Part shown: one piece after another, positions 1 to 10,617 of the stretch
Position numbering within the stretch: the stretch's first letter is position 1
Layout of the letters: each line of letters opens with the position of its first letter
From: Candidatus Heimdallarchaeota archaeon
GTDB taxonomy: Archaea; Asgardarchaeota; Heimdallarchaeia; Heimdallarchaeales; Heimdallarchaeaceae
Assembly: GCA_021399345.1 (NCBI GenBank)
Contig: JAAFKI010000045.1
Location: forward strand, 128,001 to 192,000
Length of the DNA: 64,000 bases
Direction: 5' to 3'
Notes under the pieces: model-generated
Database searches by the model: none
The model's input: only the letters and a program-made list of their open reading frames with translations
Told to the model about the DNA's origin: nothing
Made by a program: the position numbers and the translations under genes

Positions 1-998
1 TAGATATTATAGAGATTCAAAGTTTCCGTATGTCCAGAAAGTGTTTTTTGTGTTACTTCCCTAAATTTGTCTACCATTTCTTTATCTTCTCCAGCAAGAT
101 AACCAACAAGATATTTATTTGCTAGATCATCTAGATCTTCAACATTTAGAACGAGAAGATTTTTCAGCTGAAGATACAATTCGGAGAGTTTTTCTTTCAA
201 AGAATTTTGAACGCGTAACAACTTCAGTAACTGTTTAAGCATCCTCTCTTTCTGTTGTTGATCAACATTGGATGTGTCAAGCTTAGCTTGATAATATTCT
301 ATTTCAACCTCACTTAACTCGTATGATGAAGATTCCATATCAGGTATTATAAATAATGATTCAAATCCACTTTTAATCTGGTAAATTTCTAGAAATGTGT
401 TCATTAAAGCATAGATTTTTCCTATCCAGATATCAATTTTAATGTCAGGTTTAACTCCATCATTGTCCAATAAGAAATACCCTATTATAACGGGGGCAAT
501 TTGGCGTCCAAGATCATTAACATAATAGCGAAAATTAACTTTAGCTCCCAGAAATCTATAAAGTCGTCCAATAACATCACCTAGAATGGAATTTCGTATG
601 TTACCTATATGGAGGGGGCTGATAGGATTAGCAGAAGTATGTTCAACTATAATCCGTTTCTTTTCTTTCAAATTGCTTTTTCCATATTTATCCAACGAAA
701 TTATCTCAGAAAGAATTATTTTTGCGAATTCATTTTGATTGATGAAGAGGTTTAGAAAACCTCCCTTCAACTCAAATCTATCTATTATATCCATCATAGA
801 GAAATTTTCAATTAGTTCTTTCCCTATATCTTGTGGTGTTAGAGAAGTTTCTTTGGCAGCATTAAAAAGTGGAAAACTAAGATCTCCCAAATTTGAAGAA
901 TGTGGTTTAGACCACACTAGCTCAGTAGCAATATCGTGCTTATCTTTAAGAATCTTTTGCAGTTGGTTTTTTATGGAATCATATATACGAGAATACAT
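1..998 (-). CDS. argS: Arginyl-tRNA synthetase (N-terminal part; runs off the window edge)
   Basis: Absent from the ORF track. Manual minus-strand translation from ATG at 998 gives MYSRIYDSIKNQ...GDLSFPLF...IVEHTSANPISPLHIGNIRNSILGD...YYVNDLGRQ, the ArgRS HIGH region. GGAG lies upstream. Confidence 0.95.
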   Translation of the reverse strand, partial: MYSRIYDSIKNQLQKILKDKHDIATELVWSKPHSSNLGDLSFPLFNAAKETSLTPQDIGKELIENFSMMDIIDRFELKGGFLNLFINQNEFAKIILSEIISLDKYGKSNLKEKKRIIVEHTSANPISPLHIGNIRNSILGDVIGRLYRFLGAKVNFRYYVNDLGRQIAPVIIGYFLLDNDGVKPDIKIDIWIGKIYALMNTFLEIYQIKSGFESLFIIPDMESSSYELSEVEIEYYQAKLDTSNVDQQQKERMLKQLLKLLRVQNSLKEKLSELYLQLKNLLVLNVEDLDDLANKYLVGYLAGEDKEMVDKFREVTQKTLSGHTETLNLYNI

Positions 999-1191
999 GT
1001 GAATTACTCCTAGGTTGGTACAAACTATCTGGTTTCTACTTTTACAAATTTCTTTAAAAAATACTTAAACTTTCCCTCTTTCGGTTGTTTTACATAAACT
1101 TTTATTTGGAAAATATCCAAAGATGTGAAGAGATAAATAAGAGTGTATAAAAAACAGTACAAACTCTCGAAATTATAGATAGGGGAAAAAA

Positions 1192-1521
1192 ATGGGTAAA
1201 ATACAAAACGTAACAAATGATGAATTTGAGGAGATTTTAAAATCTGAAACAAAACCGATTATAGTAGATACTTGGGCACCTTGGTGTGGCCCATGCAGAA
1301 GTATAGAACCATTTTTTGAACTATTATTTGAGAAGTATGCAAATTCTGTTAGATTCCTTCGAATGAATATGGACCAAGAATCGATATTTGCTCAAAAATA
1401 TATGGTTTCCAGTCTTCCCACATTTGTAGTATTTAAAGATGGAAAGCCGTTCAATTCACTTATTGGTGCTAAGAGAGATAAACTAAAAGATTTGGTTGAA
1501 AAAACTGCAAAAGGCAAATAA
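1192..1521 (+). CDS. trxA: Thioredoxin
   Basis: WAPWCGPC active site, cis-Pro motif SLPT, 109 aa. Confidence 0.95.
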   Translation: MGKIQNVTNDEFEEILKSETKPIIVDTWAPWCGPCRSIEPFFELLFEKYANSVRFLRMNMDQESIFAQKYMVSSLPTFVVFKDGKPFNSLIGAKRDKLKDLVEKTAKGK

Positions 1522-1591
1522 TTATGCAGTTAAGTTTTTAGGCTAGTTTTTTTCATAGTTTAGTGTAAGAGAGACTTACGAGTGAAATTAT

Positions 1592-2218
1592 TTGAGCTTT
1601 GATAGAAAGAAAATTACCTACCCCTCTGGCATATACGAGTATTTGGCTAGAAAGGCTAATGCAGCAGTAGGGGAGGCTTTCATTACCATCTCATTTCCTG
1701 TTTTAGAGATTAAATTCTTGAATACTAGCAGAAAAGGCAGTCAGAAAACTATTGATTGGTTGTTTGAAGAATTAAGTCAAAGAATTGTAAATATCTCAAA
1801 GAAGTATAAACTAGATTTAGGACAAAGTGCTCAAAGGAGGGATTTGGTGATAGACTATAAAGTTAAAGAGACCTCTCAACAAATTAATATCACAGGTTAC
1901 CATCATATTCCAATTAAATCGTTTGGAAATATTCTAGATATAGTTTTGTGGAGTTATATTATTTTCATAACGGGACATACTACAAGTGAAGATAAAGAAG
2001 CAAAGGAACTGCATCAGAAGTATTTGGAGAGTTTAGAGGAATTCAAGAACTACTGGAATAGAATGCCAAGAAAGAAATTACCTTTACTAGATGAGAAAGC
2101 TTGTTTTATTTGTGGAAAGGAAGCATTTGCAATAAATGGGTGGATCTATAAATCCAAAGGAACAAGTGTAGAGATTTATACTCCAGTTTGTAAAACACAT
2201 CGAGATAGACTTATCTAG
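1592..2218 (+). CDS. Hypothetical protein with C-terminal putative zinc finger
   Basis: 208-aa ORF with TTG start; C-terminal CFIC...CKTH. Confidence 0.7.
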   Translation: MSFDRKKITYPSGIYEYLARKANAAVGEAFITISFPVLEIKFLNTSRKGSQKTIDWLFEELSQRIVNISKKYKLDLGQSAQRRDLVIDYKVKETSQQINITGYHHIPIKSFGNILDIVLWSYIIFITGHTTSEDKEAKELHQKYLESLEEFKNYWNRMPRKKLPLLDEKACFICGKEAFAINGWIYKSKGTSVEIYTPVCKTHRDRLI

Positions 2219-2268
2219 AAAAAATTCATTTAAGAAAGTTTATAATTTTGTTCTTTCAATGTAGATTA

Positions 2269-2652
2269 ATGTTAGATTTTATAACTCCTGAGAAGAAGAA
2301 TGAATTATTAATAACACTGCGTGATATTTCAAAGGAATGTAGCTTAAGTGCAATCGCTGTAGTAAGTTCTGAAGGACAAGAAGTAGCATTCTTTGCAGAG
2401 AAAAGTACAGATCAAGTTATCATGTCCGCTTTAGCCTCTGCTCTCAACTCAGCTGGTCAACAAACTGTAAATCAGATTAAGTGTGGAAATTTGGATCAAG
2501 TAATTATTAAAGGATCTGAAGGGTTTGTTATTCTTCTAAATCTTGACCAATTCATTGTCCTTGCTGCATCTAAAGACATTTACACTTTAGCTCTTGCAAT
2601 GACAGTACTTGGAAAATACAGTAAAAAAGTATATCAGATTCTTACGACTTAA
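2269..2652 (+). CDS. Roadblock/LC7 (MglB/LAMTOR-like) domain protein
   Basis: AIAVVSSEG, MSALASAL, LDQVIIKGSEGFVIL follow the Roadblock pattern. ATG at 2269 is preferred over TTG at 2248. Confidence 0.85.
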   Translation: MLDFITPEKKNELLITLRDISKECSLSAIAVVSSEGQEVAFFAEKSTDQVIMSALASALNSAGQQTVNQIKCGNLDQVIIKGSEGFVILLNLDQFIVLAASKDIYTLALAMTVLGKYSKKVYQILTT

Positions 2653-5458
2653 CTCGCTTTTTCTTAGTTATCAACAAATAAACAACACATACTATTAATG
2701 AAATTTCAACCACTATAGGTCCCCAAGAAACCTTTGCTAGAACATGAATTTTCCATGAATGTGTACCAAATGAGGAACGGATTGCGAGAGTGTGTTCTCC
2801 AGGAGAAATTGAATATAGTGATGGGTCAAAACTAATCAAATATGTTCCATTACCATAATCAATCTTATCATAATTTCGAACTACAATAACATCCTTGTTC
2901 TGTACTGTTAAATAAAAATCCCAATTGGTTAAGGGTTTATAATTGTTAGCAGCACTTATTGTTACTTCGATAGTGTCTTCTCCCTTCACTGCTTCCAAAC
3001 TGGATATATTATAAGCAAATTCAAGATTTGTTACAACTGCTGTACTCATGATATTATGAAGCAATTCTTGATTATCTCCAAAGTTTAAAGCAGAGTTCAA
3101 CACTTTGTAATCCATTTGCAAATTATCATAGAGATATGGAGAATTTAGAAACATTGACAAATCATTTACCGCAACCACTAGTGAACCATTATTACTTCTA
3201 TAGTCAGAATAAACAAAACGATCAAATATAGTTCCAACGGAATCATTTGTTTTTATCACATCAAAAGGAGATGGGATAAAGATCTCTTGCAGACTATTAG
3301 GATTTGAAGTTAAAAGATGGAAATTTGATGATAAATTAATCGTCTCATTGATTAATCCTGTTTGGCTATATGTGATGTTAAGTGCATCAAGAAGGCTATT
3401 AAGGCCGCCAATATCACTTTCCTTAGAAGGAAAAATCACAATTGCGCCACCTGAATAATCTCCTCCTGGATAAATGTAATCTAAAATTGCTGAAGAATCC
3501 AAAGAGGAGAAATTATGAAGAAGTGAATTATTATGGTTAATTAAAGCTATAACTTCATAATTGTTGAGATTCATTTGGTTTAGATGGAAAACATTTTCAT
3601 CTCTTCTTAATATTTCAGGAATCAACCCATAGAATCTGGCTGTATCTAGAAAATTGTTCAGATTACCATATAACGAGAAAAGCGCTTCATCTCCAACCTC
3701 ATTGCAGTCAAATAATATTCTCCCTTTTCCAATTCTTATGTGAAAGTCAAAATCTATAGAATAAGTTTGATTATCGGCTACAAAATCAAGATGACTGCTG
3801 ATTGGTCCCGTAAACAGATTCTCTGATGAAAATTCCACTAGAATATCATGTTGACCGATTTCATAGTCCGCTGGTATGTTACTTAGCGTTAATAGCTCAG
3901 TTAATACAGCTGGATACCCCACTACCAAATAATCAATTTTCTTGTTGATAAACAGATGAATATAGAATGATTGCCTTTCATTTTTGAAAAATACTTGTCT
4001 GGTATAGGGTAAATCTGAAGGCCAGATGGTTATACTTTGCGGATCTTGTAAGTAGTTTCTAGCTGCACTGGCATCTACTAATCCTGCTCCTTGATAATCT
4101 GGTGGTACAAAGAGACCGATATATTCTCCAAAAGGAGATAGATAATCTATTGTTAATGACTCTGAAGTTTCAAGAAGTGCAGCTTTCAAGATTGACGGTT
4201 TATACTCAGGATAAATTTGCTTTAATAACAAACACAATCCTGACACAACAGCTGTTGAGTAACTTGTCCCTGATACTATAGTTGATCCTTGTAAATTAGT
4301 TGAAGTAGTATTTAAAAAAACACCAGGAGCAACAACATCTGGCTTTGACCAAGTATTTTCTAAATCTACAGAGTCAAAAAGAAAATTTTCCGAACTTACA
4401 TTGTAATTTACAGCTACAGGCCCAGCACTACTCTCCTCGAATAAAATTTTATTATTATCTATAGCTCCCACAGTAATAGCCTGCATAGCAATTCCTGGAC
4501 TTAAAATTGTATATTTATCATTATATCCAAATTCAGCAATTCCTCGTGAATTCCCTGTAGCTACACATACCACAACTCCACTTTTTACTGCACTATTAAC
4601 AGCTTCAACCTCTGGAGATTCTTTATTCGAAACTTCTTTTCCTAAAGAGAGATTTATTACATCTACCCCGTTTGCTACAGCCCAGTCAATTCCTTCAATT
4701 AAATCTTCAATTGAACCTGTAGCATCATAAGAAAGAATCTTTCCAACTAAAAATTCACAGTTCGGTGCTACTCCACGATCATACCCATATAATCCGTTAC
4801 CACCAATTATCCCAGCAACTTCTGTACCATGTCCATTATCATCTTCAACATTGGCATTGTTCTCAATAAAATTCCAACTGTCTATTATTCGATTTTCACC
4901 ATCCAAACCCACTTCTAGTGCAGGATGGTCTGTTTTTATTCCTGTATCCAGAATTGCTACTAAAGTTTCATTTCCGAAAAATCCTAAATCCCAAAGTGCT
5001 TGAGTATTGATTTTGCTATTAAAATCATCTATGTCTCTACTTATGTTTAAAGAAGTCAAATGAGCATCTAAACTAGCTGCTCTTATCTTCGAGTTTTCCC
5101 ATACTGAAAGTATATTCCCTATCTTAATCTGGTTTAACAATGCAGCTTTTGAAATTGTTAAAGCAATTCCTTCAAATGTTTCAAAGAATTTGAGATCTTT
5201 TCCCACAATCTCAAGAGAACGAATAGCATCTTTATTATTAGTCTTTACTAGAATTCTAAAGAAGTCATTATTTTTCGATTGAAGAATTTCATCTAGGAGA
5301 AAATTCTCTTTAAAGATAGTTGATAATTTGTCGGTATCATGTGAAAGATCTAGAAAAGAATCATCAGTTGAGCAACTATAGGAAGTATAAGAAAACAAGC
5401 ATAAAATAATAATTAGAAAACCTGAACATTTTGTAAATAGGAGGGGAATTTGTTTCAC
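2642..5458 (-). CDS. Membrane-anchored S8 subtilisin-like serine protease (site-1-protease-like architecture)
   Basis: Signal peptide; triad motifs AILDTG, NGHGT, SGTS; C-terminal TM helix followed by KKKR. Confidence 0.9.
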   Translation of the reverse strand: MKQIPLLFTKCSGFLIIILCLFSYTSYSCSTDDSFLDLSHDTDKLSTIFKENFLLDEILQSKNNDFFRILVKTNNKDAIRSLEIVGKDLKFFETFEGIALTISKAALLNQIKIGNILSVWENSKIRAASLDAHLTSLNISRDIDDFNSKINTQALWDLGFFGNETLVAILDTGIKTDHPALEVGLDGENRIIDSWNFIENNANVEDDNGHGTEVAGIIGGNGLYGYDRGVAPNCEFLVGKILSYDATGSIEDLIEGIDWAVANGVDVINLSLGKEVSNKESPEVEAVNSAVKSGVVVCVATGNSRGIAEFGYNDKYTILSPGIAMQAITVGAIDNNKILFEESSAGPVAVNYNVSSENFLFDSVDLENTWSKPDVVAPGVFLNTTSTNLQGSTIVSGTSYSTAVVSGLCLLLKQIYPEYKPSILKAALLETSESLTIDYLSPFGEYIGLFVPPDYQGAGLVDASAARNYLQDPQSITIWPSDLPYTRQVFFKNERQSFYIHLFINKKIDYLVVGYPAVLTELLTLSNIPADYEIGQHDILVEFSSENLFTGPISSHLDFVADNQTYSIDFDFHIRIGKGRILFDCNEVGDEALFSLYGNLNNFLDTARFYGLIPEILRRDENVFHLNQMNLNNYEVIALINHNNSLLHNFSSLDSSAILDYIYPGGDYSGGAIVIFPSKESDIGGLNSLLDALNITYSQTGLINETINLSSNFHLLTSNPNSLQEIFIPSPFDVIKTNDSVGTIFDRFVYSDYRSNNGSLVVAVNDLSMFLNSPYLYDNLQMDYKVLNSALNFGDNQELLHNIMSTAVVTNLEFAYNISSLEAVKGEDTIEVTISAANNYKPLTNWDFYLTVQNKDVIVVRNYDKIDYGNGTYLISFDPSLYSISPGEHTLAIRSSFGTHSWKIHVLAKVSWGPIVVEISLIVCVVYLLITKKKRVKS

Positions 5459-5503
5459 ATAACATGTTTTACAATTTAACTATAAAAATTTAAGGTGAAG
5501 TAC

Positions 5504-6340
5504 CTAATTAAAATCATTGACAGCATCTTCGAGATTGTTGATAATTATATCTGGTCCACTGTCTTCTTTCAAATCTCCTAGATCATCCATTGATGTAACA
5601 CCAGATAAAACTAAACAAGAATTTATCCCTGCTTTATTAGCTCCATATATATCTGTTTCAATTCTATCTCCAAACATTATTGAGAGGTCTTTCTTCGATT
5701 TAGCTATCGAGATTGCTGTTTCATACATTAAAGGAGCAGGTTTTCCAATAATAGTTTCGACTTTCCTGTTAGATAATGCTTCTAGCATTGCAATCATTGC
5801 ACCTCCCCCCGGGATTAAACCTTTAACTGAAGGGAATGTAAAATCACCATTGGTTGCTATGAATTGAACATTTTTATAATTTACAAGTATATGAGTTGCT
5901 CTCGCTATTTTCGTGTAATTAAAATTTCGATCCATTCCAGTAATAACGTAATCAATATTATCAAAATTTAAATTGAAAATATCTTCTTCATTTGTCTCTT
6001 CCCAATTATTAACAACATCCAATCCAGCAAGCAATAGTTCTCGTTTCAAACCTTGTTCCCCAATAACATACACAGAAGAGTTTGGGGCATTTTGTTTCAA
6101 ATATTCAGCTGTTAAGGAAGCTGAAGTTAAAATGTGATTTATAGATAAAGAAATACCCAGATTCTTTAGTTTATCTTGAAATTCTTTTCGTGTTTTTGTA
6201 CTATTATTAGTTAAAATGAAAATTTGCTTGTCTTTCTTTTCAAGCAGGTGTAAAAATTCCATAGCTCCCGGAAGAGGTGAATTTTCTTTATACAAAACTC
6301 CATCTCCGTCAAAGAGAAAGGTTTCGAAAATCTCAAACAT
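5504..6340 (-). CDS. HAD-IIA hydrolase (NagD family)
   Basis: FDGDGVL, LTNNS, GKP and GDRIETDI motifs. Confidence 0.93.
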   Translation of the reverse strand: MFEIFETFLFDGDGVLYKENSPLPGAMEFLHLLEKKDKQIFILTNNSTKTRKEFQDKLKNLGISLSINHILTSASLTAEYLKQNAPNSSVYVIGEQGLKRELLLAGLDVVNNWEETNEEDIFNLNFDNIDYVITGMDRNFNYTKIARATHILVNYKNVQFIATNGDFTFPSVKGLIPGGGAMIAMLEALSNRKVETIIGKPAPLMYETAISIAKSKKDLSIMFGDRIETDIYGANKAGINSCLVLSGVTSMDDLGDLKEDSGPDIIINNLEDAVNDFN

Positions 6341-6487
6341 TAGTATCCTCTAATATTCTATTAAGAGATTATATAACAGTTTTTGAAAAAGAGGGTTCTA
6401 GAAGAAAAAGAGTGGATAACAATCATTAGATACTAAGTTTGCTCTATTTTCCAAACTTTTTTTATAGACTGAAGATATTGGATATTC

Positions 6488-8002
6488 ATGTCATATGTTG
6501 AGAAAGCTTTCTATAAATATATCAAAAACATCTTCACTAGCGGTTTTAAAGTACTCTTCAGCAAAAGATATATCTTTTACACTTTAGCTTTTGTTTTGAT
6601 TAGTCTAACAACTACCATCTTCTATTTAATTCGTAAAAATGTTGAAGTTGGTCCTCCTGGAACACTGAAGATAGTAGCAGATATACTTATATCAATAGAG
6701 TTGTCTGTAGCTATCACATACGTGCTGTTCGGGCTATTTTTCTCAAAATATCAATTGAAATATTGGGTTCCTCCAGCAATATTATCTGCAGTTGGTGGAG
6801 CAGTATTACTTTACTTCGTTCCAATTATTTCACCATATATCGCATCAATTTGTTATTTTAGCTGGATAATTGTATCTATATTTCTAACATTTTCACTATC
6901 AAGAAATTTCTGGGGAAGCAAGGTTTTAGGAAGCATCATGTTTCTTGGAAAACCAGCTGATGAAGGAACAATTATATTCAGTGGTATTGCGTTTTTCTTC
7001 TCATTAGTTAATTCGGTTTTAGCTGGTTATGTTATCTATGATTCCGTTAGAAGATTCTTGATACCACCAATAACAGCTGAAAGTATAACTAGTTTGGTCT
7101 TCACTTTAGTTACAGTCTTATTTGCACTTATAGCCATAATTCTAGTTAATCTTATGATTTTTGTATGGGGAAAGAAGGATGATGTTTTCTACACAATTTT
7201 AGCATTCTTCTATGTTTTTTCCTCATTCACATTATGGAAATATGCACTTTACACATTCCAAAATAGAGCTGAAACTAACATAATTCCATATGATAATGCA
7301 GGAAGTATAATTATTGCTCTCTTCTTCATTTTTTATACTGTTTCTAGTTATGGGAGAAAAGTAAAAAAAATAGAGAAGGGTGAGGCTAAGGAAATGATCC
7401 TATCTGTTGATGAATCAACTAAGAATGAAGATATCAGTGAAACTGAAGCTGAGGAGGAATGGTATTTATTGAAAATTCCCAGATTTATGGGTCCTTTAGG
7501 AGTTTTAATCACTTTAATGGGATTGGTTTTAGGATATCATGTAACTATTCTTCAGTTTATTGCAACTGAAGATCTCTTCACTCAAACCTTTTTCTCACTA
7601 AACGATCTGGTTGGTTTAAAGGATAAAATAGCAATTATTCTTTTACCTTTGATAATAATGTTCTTCCTATTTAGCTACAAATGGTCTTCAAGATTTCGTA
7701 GATATTCTTCACCTGAATTATATCGATTTGAATTTCTTCCATCATTTGAAGAATTAGAAGAAAGACTAGACAGAATCAAACGTGGGGAAGATTCATGGAA
7801 GGATTACGCAAACATGATAATTAAGGAGGGGATTAAAATAGGTGCAAAATCAGCAGCACAGAAAGTTTTTATCGCCCCTACCAAAAAAGTTGCAGGAGCT
7901 ATTGTTGGAGCTTACTCCAAAACGAGAAGTGGTGTTTCTAGAGGTTTTAGAAAGGTTTTTAGGAGAAAATCTAAAGAAAAAAATGACTTAGAAAACTCCT
8001 AA
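6488..8002 (+). CDS. Polytopic membrane protein of unknown function
   Basis: About 10-11 hydrophobic segments and a basic C-terminal tail. Confidence 0.8.
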   Translation: MSYVEKAFYKYIKNIFTSGFKVLFSKRYIFYTLAFVLISLTTTIFYLIRKNVEVGPPGTLKIVADILISIELSVAITYVLFGLFFSKYQLKYWVPPAILSAVGGAVLLYFVPIISPYIASICYFSWIIVSIFLTFSLSRNFWGSKVLGSIMFLGKPADEGTIIFSGIAFFFSLVNSVLAGYVIYDSVRRFLIPPITAESITSLVFTLVTVLFALIAIILVNLMIFVWGKKDDVFYTILAFFYVFSSFTLWKYALYTFQNRAETNIIPYDNAGSIIIALFFIFYTVSSYGRKVKKIEKGEAKEMILSVDESTKNEDISETEAEEEWYLLKIPRFMGPLGVLITLMGLVLGYHVTILQFIATEDLFTQTFFSLNDLVGLKDKIAIILLPLIIMFFLFSYKWSSRFRRYSSPELYRFEFLPSFEELEERLDRIKRGEDSWKDYANMIIKEGIKIGAKSAAQKVFIAPTKKVAGAIVGAYSKTRSGVSRGFRKVFRRKSKEKNDLENS

Positions 8003-8015
8003 CTTTCTCTACTTT

Positions 8016-10136
8016 TTATATTGTTTTAACTTCTAATTCGGATAGATGTTCAATGAAGAATTTCATAACTTTCTTTTTTACTCCAGAATAGAATTTAATT
8101 GAACCTACAACTTCGTGCCCACCGCCCTCAACATCGGCTTCAGAAATTTTGTTTTGTATTAATTTCACTGCATCGGGAAAATTGATTAAAAGTCCCTTAG
8201 AACGAAGAATTATGAAGTCTGGACCTTCGCCAAGAGTAACCACAGCTTTATCAGGATTTTCTTGACAATGATGATCGAAAATTAATCCTGTTAGTTTACC
8301 AGGATTCGGGAAAGTAAATCTATGTGTATACAACTCTACATCTATAGTTACCAGTAACGCACCATTTGCTAGCTCCTTGACTTTACTATGAGGAAGAGCA
8401 TTCTTATACGCTTTATCCATCATCTCTCTTGTTTCATTTCCGATTAAAGTATACATCTTTGTATGCCATTCTATTGAAGTATCAACGCCAAATAATATTT
8501 TCAAAAGGTTTTGTCCTTCTGAAAATCTTAGTTGATATACTTCATAGTCCACAGCTATACCAATTTTTTTCAGATCATCAATCGTATAATCTTTGGATTC
8601 AGCTAACTTGATGTATTGCTCCAGTTCTTTTCCTTCAACTCTATCCATCAACCCTGCAATTGCTGGTAGATGTAGCAAATCATCATGAATATCAGAGCTG
8701 ATTATCCTAGCCAATTCAAACCCTAACATACCTGCAGACAGTTCATAACCTCCTCCGACGAAATATGGATTTACATGTATATCTACTAAATCTTTGATTT
8801 CTTTATCGGGAAAATGGTGATCTATTACAATTACTTCTAAATCTAGAGATTTAATTTGTAAATAAGGAAAGAGAGATTCAGTACTCGATCCAAAATCTAA
8901 GCATACGAATAAGGGTAACTTGTCACCAAATCTTTCTTGATCTGCTAAAGCAAAGTCAAGGTCTTTTGTAACATCAATAGCATCATAGAATGGTGGTTTA
9001 TTGGGTAGGCGTTTTAACCTCATCCTTATTGTATCATTATCATATCCCTCTTTTTCCATCAAGTTTTTGATAGCCATCTTGACTGCAAATCCTGCAACTG
9101 TACCATCGGCATCAGCATGATTTCGTATTATTATAGGTTGACCTGTGAAAATGGCTTTTCTAATACGTTTAGCAGCTTTAGTTAGGTCTGGTCTAAGTTT
9201 TTCAAGAAGCTCACTTTTTATCGAAAAGTCTATTTTTTGGGGAGTAGCTTTTTCATCTATCGCTTTTTCGATTTCTTTTACCAAACTAGAACTCTCAGCT
9301 TCATCCAAAGCTTCCATGTCTTTTATTTCAATTTGTAAAATATCTCTGTGCTTATTTATTTCCCCGAAAATTGCTACAACTGTATCTTCTTCTATTTCTG
9401 GAAATGCTCTTTCTCCAGGTTTAATGAATGCAGCACCATTAATTGAGCCAGTTTGATCAGCAAGTGTAAAACGAGTTGGTCCCGATGTTTGTAAAACAGA
9501 TACAACTTGTGCATTAAGAGAGATAAAGGACCCTTCCATGTCTTGATTCAAGTTACTAATTTGGAGTTTTCTTACTCTACCTCGTAAAGATTCTATTGCA
9601 TAATCATCTATATTCAGAGGAATACCAAAAAGCTTCCCTTGATCATTTATGAAATTAACCTTAACAATCACTTCCTCTCCAATATCCCATGCATAGTCTT
9701 GAGTTACATCCTTTGTTCTTATTAAAACATTCAAATCAGGAGCAATTTGAACAAAAACACCTACTTTTTTCACAGCATCAACTCTAGAAAGAAGTAACAT
9801 CCCTTTTCTGACTAGTCGGGAATCAATAGGGGGTTTTAAACTATAAACTACTGGAACCTTCTTATCCTCACAACCACTACATAAGCCAGAAGATGTAGGT
9901 TCTTTTATTATTTTCTTGCAATTTGAACATAATTGAACTGATTGTTTCCCTCCACACGTTGGACACTTTTCACGCAAAATAATTTTTCCTGTTCCCTTAC
10001 ACTTCTCACAAGCCTGTCCTTCTTTAGCTTCACCTAGTGTGAAGGATGTTTTACCTATACCTAAACACGAAGGACAAGTCATTTTTTCTTTTATAATCTT
10101 TCCTCGACCTTTACAAGTGGGACATTTTGAACTCAA
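8016..10136 (-). CDS. Archaeal RecJ-like DHH exonuclease with DnaJ-type Zn finger and S1/OB folds (COG1107-like)
   Basis: CxxCxGxG repeats at the N-terminus; HADADG, LDFGS, IDHH and GGGH motifs. Confidence 0.9.
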   Translation of the reverse strand: MSSKCPTCKGRGKIIKEKMTCPSCLGIGKTSFTLGEAKEGQACEKCKGTGKIILREKCPTCGGKQSVQLCSNCKKIIKEPTSSGLCSGCEDKKVPVVYSLKPPIDSRLVRKGMLLLSRVDAVKKVGVFVQIAPDLNVLIRTKDVTQDYAWDIGEEVIVKVNFINDQGKLFGIPLNIDDYAIESLRGRVRKLQISNLNQDMEGSFISLNAQVVSVLQTSGPTRFTLADQTGSINGAAFIKPGERAFPEIEEDTVVAIFGEINKHRDILQIEIKDMEALDEAESSSLVKEIEKAIDEKATPQKIDFSIKSELLEKLRPDLTKAAKRIRKAIFTGQPIIIRNHADADGTVAGFAVKMAIKNLMEKEGYDNDTIRMRLKRLPNKPPFYDAIDVTKDLDFALADQERFGDKLPLFVCLDFGSSTESLFPYLQIKSLDLEVIVIDHHFPDKEIKDLVDIHVNPYFVGGGYELSAGMLGFELARIISSDIHDDLLHLPAIAGLMDRVEGKELEQYIKLAESKDYTIDDLKKIGIAVDYEVYQLRFSEGQNLLKILFGVDTSIEWHTKMYTLIGNETREMMDKAYKNALPHSKVKELANGALLVTIDVELYTHRFTFPNPGKLTGLIFDHHCQENPDKAVVTLGEGPDFIILRSKGLLINFPDAVKLIQNKISEADVEGGGHEVVGSIKFYSGVKKKVMKFFIEHLSELEVKTI

Positions 10137-10211
10137 GATTTATACACCTATATCTAATAATAGACTAACGAAACAAAAATTCAATATACAAAAAAATTAC
10201 GTTGTAAGAGA

Positions 10212-10595
10212 TTAATCTGGAATTAAGGCTATTTCACTGAAATTAAGTAATCTAGTGAATAATAGATTGCTTATTTCCAGTTTTAGTTTTTCTGAACTAT
10301 CTTCAAATCTTTCTGCAGCACTATAGATTTTCATTGAAAGTTCTGCATCCCCAAAAACATAATGTACATAAAAAGCTAAATCTCGGGTTCCTGCATCATC
10401 AGAGTCTTCACATGAACACACATGAGCTTTGATTATTACAGGACTTAGATCCAATACGCACTCGTATAATTCTTCTAATGTTGAGCTGGAACAAAGAACA
10501 CCAAGTGTATCAGGTGAAATAAATTTGAACCTTTCATTTGGTCCTTCATCACCACTAGCCATTTTAGCCAGTACTTTAAGCGTAGTTAGATCCAC
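10212..10595 (-). CDS. Hypothetical protein
   Basis: 127-aa ORF with GTG start and GAGGTGA Shine-Dalgarno-like sequence upstream; co-oriented with the adjacent Roadblock gene. Confidence 0.7.
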   Translation of the reverse strand: MDLTTLKVLAKMASGDEGPNERFKFISPDTLGVLCSSSTLEELYECVLDLSPVIIKAHVCSCEDSDDAGTRDLAFYVHYVFGDAELSMKIYSAAERFEDSSEKLKLEISNLLFTRLLNFSEIALIPD

Positions 10596-10617
10596 AGTTT
10601 TTCACCTCATTGCTTGT

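Noticed and set aside
739-1252. ORFs 739-1002 (+) and 1025-1252 (-)
   Set aside because: The first is an antisense shadow of argS; the second overlaps the promoter region and trxA. Neither has recognisable motifs.
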